This document shows, piece after piece, positions 51,136 to 62,950 of a stretch of DNA of 64,000 nt (the first letter of the stretch is position 1; each line of letters begins with the position of its first letter). The notes beneath the pieces are model-generated. The model ran no database searches. It was not told the DNA's origin and saw nothing but the letters and a program-made list of their open reading frames with translations. The translations under genes were made by a program, and so were the position numbers. This DNA is from Selaginella moellendorffii (lineage: Eukaryota; Plantae; Lycopodiophyta): assembly GCF_000143415.4 (NCBI RefSeq), contig NW_003314295.1, forward strand, positions 569,764-633,763, read 5' to 3'.

Positions 51136-53065
51136 CTATCGTCGACTTCTCGACGTTCGTGACTTCGGTTTCGCTGTTGTTGACTGCAGCACGATAAGTG
51201 GTAAGCGAAGAGGTAGAAAAGCAAGCGTCAAACAGAGAAAACTCACCGAAGGCGCCACACCGGATCCGAACAAGCCTGTGGTGCCTGGAACACCTACAAA
51301 GAAAGTGTTTTAGAATCACAGGAAGGAAAGCAAAACGATCGCACAGACCAAATATAGAGGGCGTTGTTCCAATCGACGGAGCCGAAGGAGGGAAAAGAGA
51401 TGGTATTTGTAGAGTTAGTCCAGAGACCGAAGACGTCGAGTTAAAGCCTTGTGTGGATGCGCTTCCCAGAATCGACGGGAATGGTGAAGACGACGACGCA
51501 GGAGTGAATCCTCCAGGGGTAGGAGTGAAGGCAGCCGATGATCCCGCTGCTGGCAATGGAGGCGCCGAGGGTGCGTACGCAGCAAGCTCCGAAGGCTTAA
51601 GAGCGCTTGGATGCACTCTCTTTGCCGCTGCTTCTCGCTTTGCGTTCTCTCGCATGTCAGCCTCGAGGAACGGATCGTTGTCATCACCCCTCCGCCGCTG
51701 GTTGGCGAGGAAAGTCAGCCGTATCGTTTCCAAAAACTCGTGTAGTGATTCCACCTGGAAACCGCAGCTTAACCCGGAGAGAAAAACAAAGAAACGAGTA
51801 CCTCGGCTGCAACATAGATGAAGAAGTCGTGCAAGTTGCTCATCACCGCGGGCAGCGACTGGAGAAGCGAAAAGTCCGACGCCACTCTATCATCCTTGTC
51901 GTTGCGCAAGAGAAGCCTCTCGAGCTCTTCAACCCACTGCCTGTACTCGCCGAGCCGCCCCTCAAACTTTGCCACAGCCTGCTGCAGAAACGGCGAAGGC
52001 TTCACGGGGACACCGATGTAGAAGTCCGAGACGTAGACGGCACCGGGAGCCTGCGCTGCGAACGAGGCCGGGGGCGTGGCTCCAGTTCCTCCGCCAGGAG
52101 CTCCTCCGGATGGACGCGGGAAACGCAGGCACAGCATCATGAAGGAGCGCACGGCTACCTCTGTGTTGCGGAGCATGTCCTTGACAGACTTCATGAGCTC
52201 CTGGAGCGAGCTTTGCTCTCGTTCGATTCCGATGGCAACACCCGAGAGCTCCTGAATTCACACCACGATGTTGGGATTGGCAAACGAGCAAAACCATATA
52301 GACAGGAAAGATAGACAAAGATCTAGCCACTAACTAAGTTGATACAACTAAACCCAAAGAAACAAAGAACTAAATACACAGACTCTAGCAATGGTATGGT
52401 CACAACTACTAAAGATTGCGAGAGAACGAACGATAGAAAAACCATATAGACAGGAACTATAGACGGCTATACTGACTAAGTTGATAGAATTAAACCCAAC
52501 GAAACAAAGAAAAAGAAAGAACTGGCATACCTGGGAGATGCGTGTAGCATCGAGCTCGAAGCCTTTGTTTAGCGCAGCGGTGTCGTACAATCTCTCGCAT
52601 TGATCCAGCCTCCAGCTCTCATCCCGGTACTCCAAGATCTTCTCCCTGGAAATGGCGGAAGATCATGAAAAATAACTTCGAAGTAGCTCACACTTACTCG
52701 ATCTTGAGGAGCGCGCGCTGCGAGTCGGGATGGATGTCCGCCCATCTGGTACTGTAAGTCACTGGCGTGCGATCGTTCGTGACGAGGCCGAGCTGCCCGG
52801 ATTGCGGAAGAACCTGCTGCTGCTGCTGCTGCTGCTGCTGTGGCTGCGTCTGTTGCGGCTGGAAGAGCGACGATGTCCCAAACGGCGACGATGACACAGA
52901 GAATGGCGAGGACGCGGGCGGCGTCGACGCAAATGGCGATGGAGCGCTGGCAAACGGCGACGAGGACGCAGCTGGAGGAGCGAATGGCGATGGCGTGCTG
53001 CTAGCTGCGAATGGGGACGGGGAGGATGGCTGGAAACTAAACAGTGGGGACGAACCAGCAGCCAT
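51136..53065 (-). CDS. NUP58: Nuclear pore complex protein NUP58 (multi-exon)
   Basis: SPF repeats and polyQ, YSTRWADIHPDSQRALLKIE, VKDMLRNTEVAVRSFMM, DPFLEADMRE, basic tail KPKSRTSRSRR*. Confidence 0.92.
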
Positions 53066-53147
53066 AGCCCCCTCCAAGAACCCTAAAACCTAGCGCCAAA
53101 AGGATTGTTTGCAAGAGACTGGACGATCGATGTATAGATCGAATGGA

Positions 53148-55326
53148 TCACGCCAAGCGCAGCGTCACAGCGCGCTTGTGGGCGTCCAGGCCTTCGACCT
53201 CGGCCATCATCGCCACGGACGGGCCGATCAAACCAAGCCCTTCGCGGCTCAGCGATTGTACGGTCATGTACTTGACGAACGAGTCCAGCGACACGCCGCC
53301 GTACATCCTAGCGTAGCCGTACGTCGGGAGGACGTGGTTTGTTCCACTCGCGTAGTCGCCAACGCTCTCGGGCGTCCACCTTCCCAAGAACACAGACCCT
53401 GCCAAGACGAAGAAAGAGAAAAACTTCCACTCAATCGCGAAGAATGTGCTATGCAAACCTGCGTTTTTTATGTGATCCAGCCAAGCCTCAGCGTCCTCAG
53501 CGTTGACAATGAGATGCTCCGGCGCGTAGACATTGGAGAACTTGCAAGCCTGGAAGAACCAAAGGAATGAATGAAAACTCTTATCTAGTTTTCTACGATC
53601 GCGTAAAGGCTGACTGACTGACCTCTGCCATGCCTCGAGCAACGACGATGAAGCTGTGACCCAGCGCGACCGACGCGATATCTCCCCGGGGAAGCTCCTG
53701 GCACTGCTTGTAAACTTGCTCTTCGATGGCCTCTAAGTCGACGCTGCCGACAGCCACGAGAACCACTTGGCTGTCCGGGCCGTGCTCCGCCTGTAAGTAC
53801 ACAAAGCGTTTCTAAGCAAAACAAAGCTAAAGCTTGACGAACCTGGGATAAGAGATCCGCAGCTACATGGATCGCATTTGCGTTTCTATCCGCGATGACA
53901 AGGACTTCCGAGGGCCCAGCAGGCATATCTATGGAGATCATAGACTCGCTATTCTATAGGATAGAAAAGCTTGAAAAACGGTAAACTAAGAAGGAAAATA
54001 TGCAACTTCGTACCTGTAGCAACATCTTCGCAGCAGTTACATACTGATTTCCAGGGCCTAGGATCTTGTCGACCTGTGGCAATATGGAGATGGAATGTCA
54101 ATCACGGAAGCTTCAACAACAAATTCTTACTTTTGGACAGGAATTAGTGCCCCATGCCATGGCAGCTACAGCCTAAACAGTTCCAAAGATGAGAACACGT
54201 AACAAAAGAGCATGAAGAGTGGAGTACCTGTGCTCCTCCAGCTTTTAGGATGTGAGTAGCTCCAGCTTTCTTAGCACAATATAAAACTTCCTGCGTGCTC
54301 CACTAAGCTTGACAACTTTTCGAGGAAAATAAAACACGTACCGGACATATTGAACCGTCCGACCGTGGTGGAGTCGCAAGAACAATCGTCTCACATCCGG
54401 CAATACCTGCGGGCTATTAATCTTGCAGCTTTAAGAAGAAAGATCAGTGAAAGACATGACGTACCACTGCTAGCATGAGCGCTGTTGATGGAAGAACAGC
54501 CGTTCCACCAGGGACGTAAAGCCCGACGGCGTCGATACTCCTCGCAACTCGCCGGCATTTAACTCCCTGGGTGGCAAAACAGCCGAGGAGTTAGCATTTA
54601 TCACACAAGCTCCAAGTTACCAGACTCGGATAGAGCACTGACGGGCATGGTTTCTACTTCAAGCTGTTGAGTCTTTCGCTGTGCAAGATGGAATTTGTAG
54701 ATGTTGTCGAAGGCCACATCAAATGCAGCTTGGACATCTGGATCGAGCTGCCAAAACGTGAATGAGACCATACTTTCTTTGCGGCTTTGCAGAAAGATAG
54801 ATCGAAAAGTTCTACCTTTGGATCTGGAAGGTCGGACACCCTTTCGACAATGTTGTCAAGCTCCACTCCATCGAATTTCTTGGTGTACCTGGAAAGCTCG
54901 CCAGCGAGAAGATATTAAAGGCACGAGCAAAGCGAAGAGAGGAAAAAAGAATGCTTACTTGATCACCGCTTCATCGCCAGAAAACCTCACATNNNNNNNN
55001 NNNNNNNNNNNNNNNNNNNNNNNNNNNNNNNNNNNNNNNNNNNNNNNNNNNNNNNNNNNNNNNNNNNNNNNNNNNNNNNNNNNNNNNNNNNNNNNNNNNN
55101 NNNNNNNNNNNNNNNNNNNNNNNNNNNNNNNNNNNNNNNNNNNNNNNNNNNNNNNNNNNNNNGGAGCTGCTGGTTCTCCACAGCTGAGAATCTCAGGCTC
55201 AAATTCCAGGAATGTGGAGAGAGATTTCCACTCACCCGTGCCGATCTTCGCCATTGCTACTGACACTCTCCTCGCGCACCTCGCATTCTCGATCAGCGTC
55301 ATGGACGGATGAGCAGCGGCCTTCAT
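53148..55326 (-). CDS. HDH: Histidinol dehydrogenase, plastid (multi-exon, gap at 54993-55162)
   Basis: [66 protein letters not shown]. Confidence 0.96.
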
Positions 55327-57285
55327 CGCCCTAGATCGTTGCTGAATTTGTCTAACGAAAAACCCTAAAGAAGGTTCTAGCTAAGTAACTAAAATAAACT
55401 ACAAAACTTTCAAACCCTGATAGGGCTGGGCATCACTTAAAGGAGGCAAACAATACACCCTGCTTTGCAAAACAGAAAACCTAAAACGAAAAGCAAGCAT
55501 GACAAAAGAAGATACGATGACTTTCCAAGGCTAATGGCTCAACATGTAATATTAGTTTTTTTTCATTTATTCTTTGCTAAAATAAAGTTTTTAATTAAAA
55601 AGCTTTTGTTTTTATAATAAAAGGACTTTCTTCTTTTTTCCATTAAAGAATTTCTTTGCTTTAAGGATATACCATAAATGCATTATTAAAACTTTGTTTA
55701 AGCATGAATAAAATTATTTGGCTTAACTTTAAAGGTTATAACTTTCTATATTGTATCATTTTTCAACTTGTTGTCAATAATAGATAAAAAAAAATTCATA
55801 AGTAAAAATTTGTAATATATCCAATCATCTTTTATTGTAAAGTCAATTTTGTAAATTTAATGAAATAATAATTTGAGTGATATTTTTTACTCAAAATTTA
55901 TACCAATATCTAAAAACATTTCAATGCAAATTACCTCTATTGTAGTTTCTAATTAAATTTTTTGTTAATGATACAATTTGATAGATATCTTTTTTCTCAA
56001 AGTTTATATATAGTGATTTTCAATTACATTTCTTTTTTATAATATATATTTCAAAATTCTAATTAATAAGTGAATTACTTCTATCAAATATTTTAGGTTA
56101 AATGTTTTAAAATTTAGTTAAAATCACAACCCTAAGTACTAAGATTGCATGCGAATATGATAATTAAGCCTTATAAATTTAGTCAATCACTCTCTTTACT
56201 TTAACATAATAGTTTTTATTTAATGTTTGCAAAAGTTTCATTTAATTGCTCATAAATAATTACATAAAGTAAAAAAGTTTAATCGCTATATCTTTTACCT
56301 TTAATGAAAAAGTACTATATAATTGGATATGAAGAAGATTGTAGATAGAATTTATGAGCATTATTCTTATCAAATTTTACTTTAAAGATATTAATGTTTT
56401 TTGCTTAATTAAGTATTTATATTGATGATTTTTAATAAATTATAAATTAATAGTAAATTAGTAAGATGCCTCAATCAAATTATTTATTTCCTCATTAGTA
56501 TGAGAAAGATTTCCACCCACATATCTATGAAATAACTAATTACCTTTATGAACGATAAGAAAACCTTAGAAAAAATAGGGCTTAACTATGCCAAAATATA
56601 AATTAAAAAATTAATAAAAGTTAAAATATTGACATTTCAACCCATATATCTATGAAATGTTTTTTATAAAAGTCAAAATATTGATTCACTTATCAAGTAT
56701 TAATTTTAAAAATACTTGATAAACACTCCTTAATTTTGAAAATTCACCTCAAAATGTTCGACAAGTTACTTAATCTCAGCTTGCATAATAGTATCATTAT
56801 GAAAAGCTATGTAAATTAAATGATATATAATATTTTTATCCTTCTATCCCATGATTTTACTTTACAAATAGTATATTTGAGCAAGTTCCTCCTTACATGC
56901 TAAATATATTATAGAATTTGACAATCAAATGTAACTCTATATAAAATTAAAATGAAATTAAATTATAACATATTAAATTAATTACCTTATTCTGCACTTC
57001 AACATCATGATTTTCCAATTTGATATGTGTTAAAAAGTCAATTCTTAAGAGTTATTATTTAGTTTTCATATGTTCTTATTTTTCACTAAAAGTTAAAACC
57101 CATGCAAGTGGAATACCATTTCCATAATAATAAAAAACAAACATAGTATACAATGGGACTTGTAAATTATCAAGGATTATTCACTTTAAAATAATGAAAA
57201 CTTTACTTTATAACAATTAATTCCAAAAGTTGCATCAAGACTCAACAATCCTATTTTTCCTGAATCATATACATACATAAAGGTC

Positions 57286-58446
57286 TCCGTCCATGATGCT
57301 GATCGAGAATGGGAGGTGCCCTGACGGGCATGGTTTCCACTTCAAGCTCTTGAGTTTTCCACTGTGCAAGAAATTTATAGATGTTGTCAAAGGCCACAGC
57401 AAATGCAGCTTGGACATCTGGATCGAGCTGCCAAAACGTGAATGAGATCGGACTCTTGCAACATAGAAAAGTTATAACTTTGGATCTGGAAGGTCTTTCA
57501 ACAATGTTGCCAAGCGAATTTCTTGGTGTATCTGGGAGCTCGCCAGCGAGAAGATATCAAAGGCACGAGAAAAGCGAAGAGACAAAAAATTGCCTACTTC
57601 ATCACAGGTTCATGCTTCTCCACAGCTGTGAATCTCAGGCTCAAATTCCAGGAATGTGGAGAGAGATGTCCTCTCACCCGTGCCGATCTTCGCTGGTGCT
57701 ACTGGCGCTCTCCTCGAGTCTGGTAACTTGGAGCTTGCGTGATAAATGCTTACTCCCCAGCTGTTCTGCCACCCAGGGAGTTAAATGCCGGCAAGTTGCG
57801 AGGATCGACGCTGCCGGGCTTTACGTTCCTGGATCAACAGCGCTTATGCTAGCAGTGGTACGTCATGTCTTTCACTGATCTTTCTTCTTAAAGCTGTCTT
57901 AATACCTGCGAGATTAATATCCCGCAGGTATTGCCGGATGTGAGACCATTGTTCTTGCAACTCCACCACGGTCAGACGGTTCAATCTGTCCGGTATGTGT
58001 TACTTTTTCTTTCCACGAAAAGTTTTCAAGCTTGATGGAGCAAGGAAGTTTTATATTGCACTAAAAAAGCTGGAGAAGCACAGGCACTTGAAAGTATTTT
58101 TTCTCTCTTGTTGCATATACTCATTTTTGGAACTGTTTAGGCCGTAGCTGCCATGCCATGAGGAACTCATTCCTGTCCAAAAGTAAGAACTGTTGGTGAC
58201 ACTTCCGTGACTGACATTCCATCTCCATATTGCCACAGGTTGACAAGATCCTGGGCCCTGGAAATCAGTATGTAACTGCTGCGAAGATGCTGCTACAGGT
58301 ATAAAGTTGCGTTTGCTTTTCTTACAGAATAGGGAGTCTATGATCTCCATAAATATGCCTGCTGGTCCCTCGGAAGTCCTTGTCATCGCGGATAAAAACG
58401 CGAATGCGATCCATGTAGGAGCTTCCCTGGGGAGTCGAGCGTCGCA
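57286..58446 (+). pseudogene. HDH pseudogene copy A (plus strand) with internal inversion at about 57321-57716
   Basis: Exon and intron sequence homologous to about 53670-55310, with many deletions; the segment 57321-57716 reads in the same orientation as 54638-55274. Confidence 0.9.
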
Positions 58447-58580
58447 ATAATAAAATAACTTACAATGAAAACAAAATTCTCATTTGGAAAAGGCAACTTT
58501 TTTTTAACTCCTTAACGTAAGGCAGAGTCATTCACTTGGGGAAACGAAGCCATCGGCATGAGGATTGGCCAACACCAGCA

Positions 58581-58945
58581 CTGAGAGTGGGCTGTTGGAA
58601 CATTCTAGGTTTTCTCGAAACCAAGGTGATAGCTTGAGCTGCTTAAATAGGTACGATATTGTCATCCTCATGGAAACTTGGGAAGCAGAAGATCGACAGT
58701 TCGGTGACTTAATACACTACCTGGGCAAATGACCGACAGACCGCATTGAACATTAGCCATTTACATCCACCGGGAATGGAACATCAAGATCCATTCAATC
58801 ACCCATGGCCCAGATGGACTCTTCACAGCTATAAAAGGTGTTGGACCAACATGGGGGGAAAATAGCATCCACAGATGATCAGTGGCTTGGTTCCACCTGT
58901 GTCAAATGACGATCACCTGATAGACCATGTCAGTGTTGACCTGCT
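58581..58945 (+). mobile_element. LINE (APE endonuclease) remnant
   Basis: LRVGCWNILG, YDIVILMETW and a GDL(N)-like motif with stops, matching the endonuclease motifs SWN..G / D...LQET / GDFN. Confidence 0.55.
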
Positions 58946-59339
58946 TCTTTGAGGAGACTAAGCACTACAAAGTCATTGCACATACATTTGTGATCCTTGT
59001 GCGAATTCACGCGCATGGGAGCCGAGGATCACGCCCTCAACCTCACAGGACACAAGCTCCTCACATTTGCCATGACAAATGAACTCTGTCTTCTTAAGGG
59101 TGCCATGAAATGACGGGGGTGACATGGAATGTGAGTTCCACGCCCAGCTCATGTTGCAGATTGGATGATGTACACGAAAATATTTTACCATCCACCTCAG
59201 GTCATATCAAAGGCTAGAGGCAAGTCATCTCAGCGAAAGGTGTTTTATGTATAATGGACTTGAACAGTTGGGGTAGTGGGTTTTTACACATTTAAAGGTA
59301 AGAATGCTCATTTAGGCTTGAGTTTTCTAAAAGATCCTA

Positions 59340-60010
59340 AAGAATATTCACCCGTTTGCATTTAGTTTGAGGATCAGATTTATGCTCGTTTGGCCCTTCC
59401 ACACCTACACTGTGTAAGGATGGCCCCAGCACTTTGCTTGGAAAGGGAACCAGAGTGTAGAAATACTGGAACGGGGGTCGACTTGTCTGGAAAGTGCTAC
59501 TGGATCTCTTTAATACACGGTTGCTCTGCCTCTTGGCTGATCTGGCATATATTACTCTAACAATCTATATGCATACTGTAAAAGCAGCTTATTCTTAGAA
59601 TCGACATCATTTAACCATCCTCAATTTTATGGTTGGAGCTTCCCAAACCAACTAAATTACTTGGCGATGGACCCAGAATAAATGCTGCTGGATTTGTGAT
59701 TTTCACAGGTGATATCTTTGTGGTGACAGCAAAATCCTTCTTTGTGGCAACTGCAGACAATTCAAAATCTTACTTGTTGAGGATGGATCCTACTAAAGGA
59801 TTTGTGGAGGAAGGTGTTTATCCTTGGCCTGGTACCGAGGAACCTATATGCATTATCTACGAGAACACAAATCTGGTTATGCACCACGAATTTCTGGCTT
59901 TTTATGACCAACAAACAAAGAATTGGAGGACCAACTCGATTCAACCGTGTTGTGCAATTCGAAACTGCAAGCCGAGTTTGATTTGTGCGTGAGTCTAGAT
60001 ATTCATAATC
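59340..60010 (+). pseudogene. Possible fragment of an F-box-associated beta-propeller gene
   Basis: 119-aa frame without a real start (LAFYDQQTKNW) and broken upstream frames; weak resemblance only. Confidence 0.25.
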
Positions 60011-60130
60011 ACAGTCTACTAATATCTACATACTACGAGGGCATCCCTTTACCAAGTGAGAGAAGTGTTCGGAGTTTAAAAACAAAGAAATTCTGCCTTA
60101 CTTTCATTGTGAGTTTTTCTATTATTATGG

Positions 60131-61208
60131 TATCTCCCCGGGGAAGCTCAGCTAAAGCTTCACGAACATGGATCGCACTCGCGTTTCTATCCGCAAACTT
60201 CCGAGGCTTTGGAGATCGGTATTCTGTAGGATAGAAAAGCAAAAGACGCAACTTAGCACCATCTTCGCAGCGATTTTCAGGGCCCAGGATCTTGTCAACC
60301 TATGGCAATATGGAGATGGGATGTCAATCACGGAAACGTCACCAACAGTTCTTACTTTTGGACAGGAATGAGTGCCCCATGCCATGGCAGCGGCCTAAAG
60401 ATGAGTATACGCAACAAAAAGAGTTTCAAGTACCTGTGCTTCTCTTTCTTAGCGCAATATAAAACTTCCTTTGCTCCATCAAGCTTGAAAACTTTTCGTG
60501 GAAAGAAAAACAAACACATACCGGCTTCGATCGACAATCGTCTCACATCCGGCAATACCTGCGGGCTATTAGTCTCGCAGCTTTAAGAAGAAAGATCAGT
60601 GAAAGACATGACGTACCACTGCTAGCATGAGCGCTGTTTTCAGGAACGTAAAGGCCGACGGCGTCAATACTCCTCGCCACTCGCCGGCATTCAACTCCCT
60701 GGGTGGCAAACAACCGAGGAGTTGGCATTTATCACACATGCTCCAAGTTACCGGACTCGGATACTTCAAGCTGTTTTCCGCTGTGCGAGATGAAATTTAT
60801 AGATGTTGTCAAAGGCCACATCAAAGGCAGCTTGGACATCTGGATCGAGCTGCCAAAACGTGAATGAGATCGGACTTTCTTTGCGGTTGCAGAAAGATAG
60901 ATCGAAAAGTTATACCTTTGGATCTGGAAGGTCGGACATTCTTTCGACAATGTTGTCTTCCATAGAATTTCTTGGTGTATCTGCAAAGCTCGCCAGCGAG
61001 ATGGTCTTAAAGGCACAAGAAAAGCAGCTTCATCGCCAGAAAATCTCATTTCAACTTTTGAAAGAAAAACTTGAAACGAGATTTTCTTCCTCAAGTGTGA
61101 TTTCTTTCTCACTGTTTTTAAAATGGAGCCCTTCATAGAATTTCCCGCTCAAATATCGCCGCTGCTATTCGCCCACCTCGCATTCTCGATCAGCGGTTGA
61201 GCAGTCAT
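60131..61208 (-). pseudogene. HDH pseudogene copy B (minus strand)
   Basis: Collinear with about 53680-55320 including introns ([13 protein letters not shown]), with frameshifting deletions. Confidence 0.9.
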
Positions 61209-61240
61209 ATTATTAGGGCTTTTTGTTAGGTCAGCCAGGC

Positions 61241-61851
61241 ATGGCGGAGGAGGAAGAGGATCCGTGGAGCGATGGCGATGGCGATGGTGGTGAAGGCCCT
61301 CGAGAATCCGAATGGCAGAGCAGGAATTTCCACACGGTAGTGTCACTCTTCCTTCGATTCGTTCGAGTTTCCGTTTGATCGAGCGCAGATTTTCTAGCTC
61401 GGATACCGCGATGGTCTCTTTGCTGGGAAAGAATCGTCGGCACAGAAGGGGTTCGACGCTGGATTCAAGGAGTCGGCTCCAGCCGGATTCGATTGGGGGA
61501 TTGCGAGAGGCATTACAAGGTCTTTCGGATCTTTGCTTTTTTTCTTCTTCTAGAGATTGTAACAACTTTGGTGTTTGTAGTGCTTTTGCGGCATTGTCAC
61601 CGAGGCATCAAGAGTTGCTGGCTCCGGACAAGAATGCGCGCGACGATCTAAAGTCTCTGCACGATTCCATCTCTGGTATTTCCTCCAACGATGCTTTGGC
61701 CTCGTACCACAGCCACCAAGTCCTACGAGACGAAACCTCCACCGTGGCTGACGTTGGTGTCTTGAGCTCTCAAGCCAAAGCAGCGGCAGACAAAGCTTCC
61801 ATAGCGTACGATGCTCTTCTACAAAATAGTCGATCCACCAATCTCAGGTAA
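61241..61851 (+). CDS. YAE1: YAE1-like protein (Yae1_N domain), 3 exons
   Basis: EWQSRNFHT|LGYRDGLFAGKESSAQKGFDAGFKES..GFDWGIARG. Confidence 0.85.
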
Positions 61852-62550
61852 AAACTTCTCAAGCCTGATCTCTTTATCGCTAAAGTGGCCAACTTCAGCG
61901 TGACGGAAGTTCCAAGAAGTTGACAGAACGAGATGGACACAAACATATTTGCGAAAAGTCTCGACGATCCGACACGAAAAGTAGCTAGGAAAGTTTCTCA
62001 AGACTTGAGTGGTTTTGGTGGACGAGAAGGCTGTTTTCGTGGACTTTTAGGTGGTTTTCTTCGGTGCGAAGAAGCTGGCTGCCATTCGCAAAGCTGGATT
62101 CCCCGGCAGCCACGCTGCTGCCGCGAAGAAACTATTTTTTGGAATTCCAAGTCTTTGTGCGGTGGCAACAGTGGACGCCGTGCTCATCGACACCAACACC
62201 GTCAACAGTGAAAGAAGCCTGGCGATGATCCTCTTTCCAAAGTACGAGCCAAGTCGACAAGGAATGTGTCGCGCACTTGCGCGGGTCAAACAGCGCACGG
62301 GGACCTTTGACACGGAGGACGGATCTTTGGCTTTGGACCGGGCTCCAACACCGCATCGCCCAACCAGTGTCGGGACTCGCCGAGTTCCCGTGCCGGCATC
62401 TTTGAACGGATCAAATCCATATCCAAAGCCCAGCCTCTTCCTTTTCTCGTCATTATCATAAAGGAAAAAAGAGAGAACCAGAAAGATCTGATAGATAGCT
62501 CCTGGCTAACATTCGCTTGTATAAGAGCACTTTCGCGCGCGCTGGGCGAG

Positions 62551-62950
62551 GCCGACGTGGCGGCGGGCTTTCCACGCGTGCGGCCACGTCGGCATAAAGG
62601 CGGAAAGCGCGCGGCGCGAGTCAATGAATGCGAGATGCTTCGTCGCGTGGACGCCGACGGCGACATATCTATCTATCTATCTCTGACACGTCACTTGGCC
62701 GCCCCGTAGTACGTGGACGTGTTCTCCTCCCTCCCTTTTGTTGCGTTGCGGGCTCCCGAGATTCGGATTACCTGGCTGTGGCTTGCCTGTCGTCCACGTC
62801 AGGCGATATGGCCATCCATCCCATCATCCGGCCCCCATGCGCCCATTGGTCTAGCGTGGGCTCGGCAAAAACGGTTGATGTGGATGATACTGCGCGCCAA
62901 AAGTCAGAATGTAAAACGTGCTCGATCGCATTTCATGCAGTGACGTGAAG
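62551..62950. promoter_or_regulatory. ABRE/G-box, CE3 and DRE-rich regulatory region
   Basis: ACGTGGC twice, ACGCGTG, GCCGAC three times, ACACGT, TACGTGG, CCACGTCA, TGACGTG. Confidence 0.5.

Noticed and set aside
58973-59300. Cys/His-containing minus-strand ORF in the inverted-repeat spacer
   Set aside because: It could not be assigned; probably TE debris.
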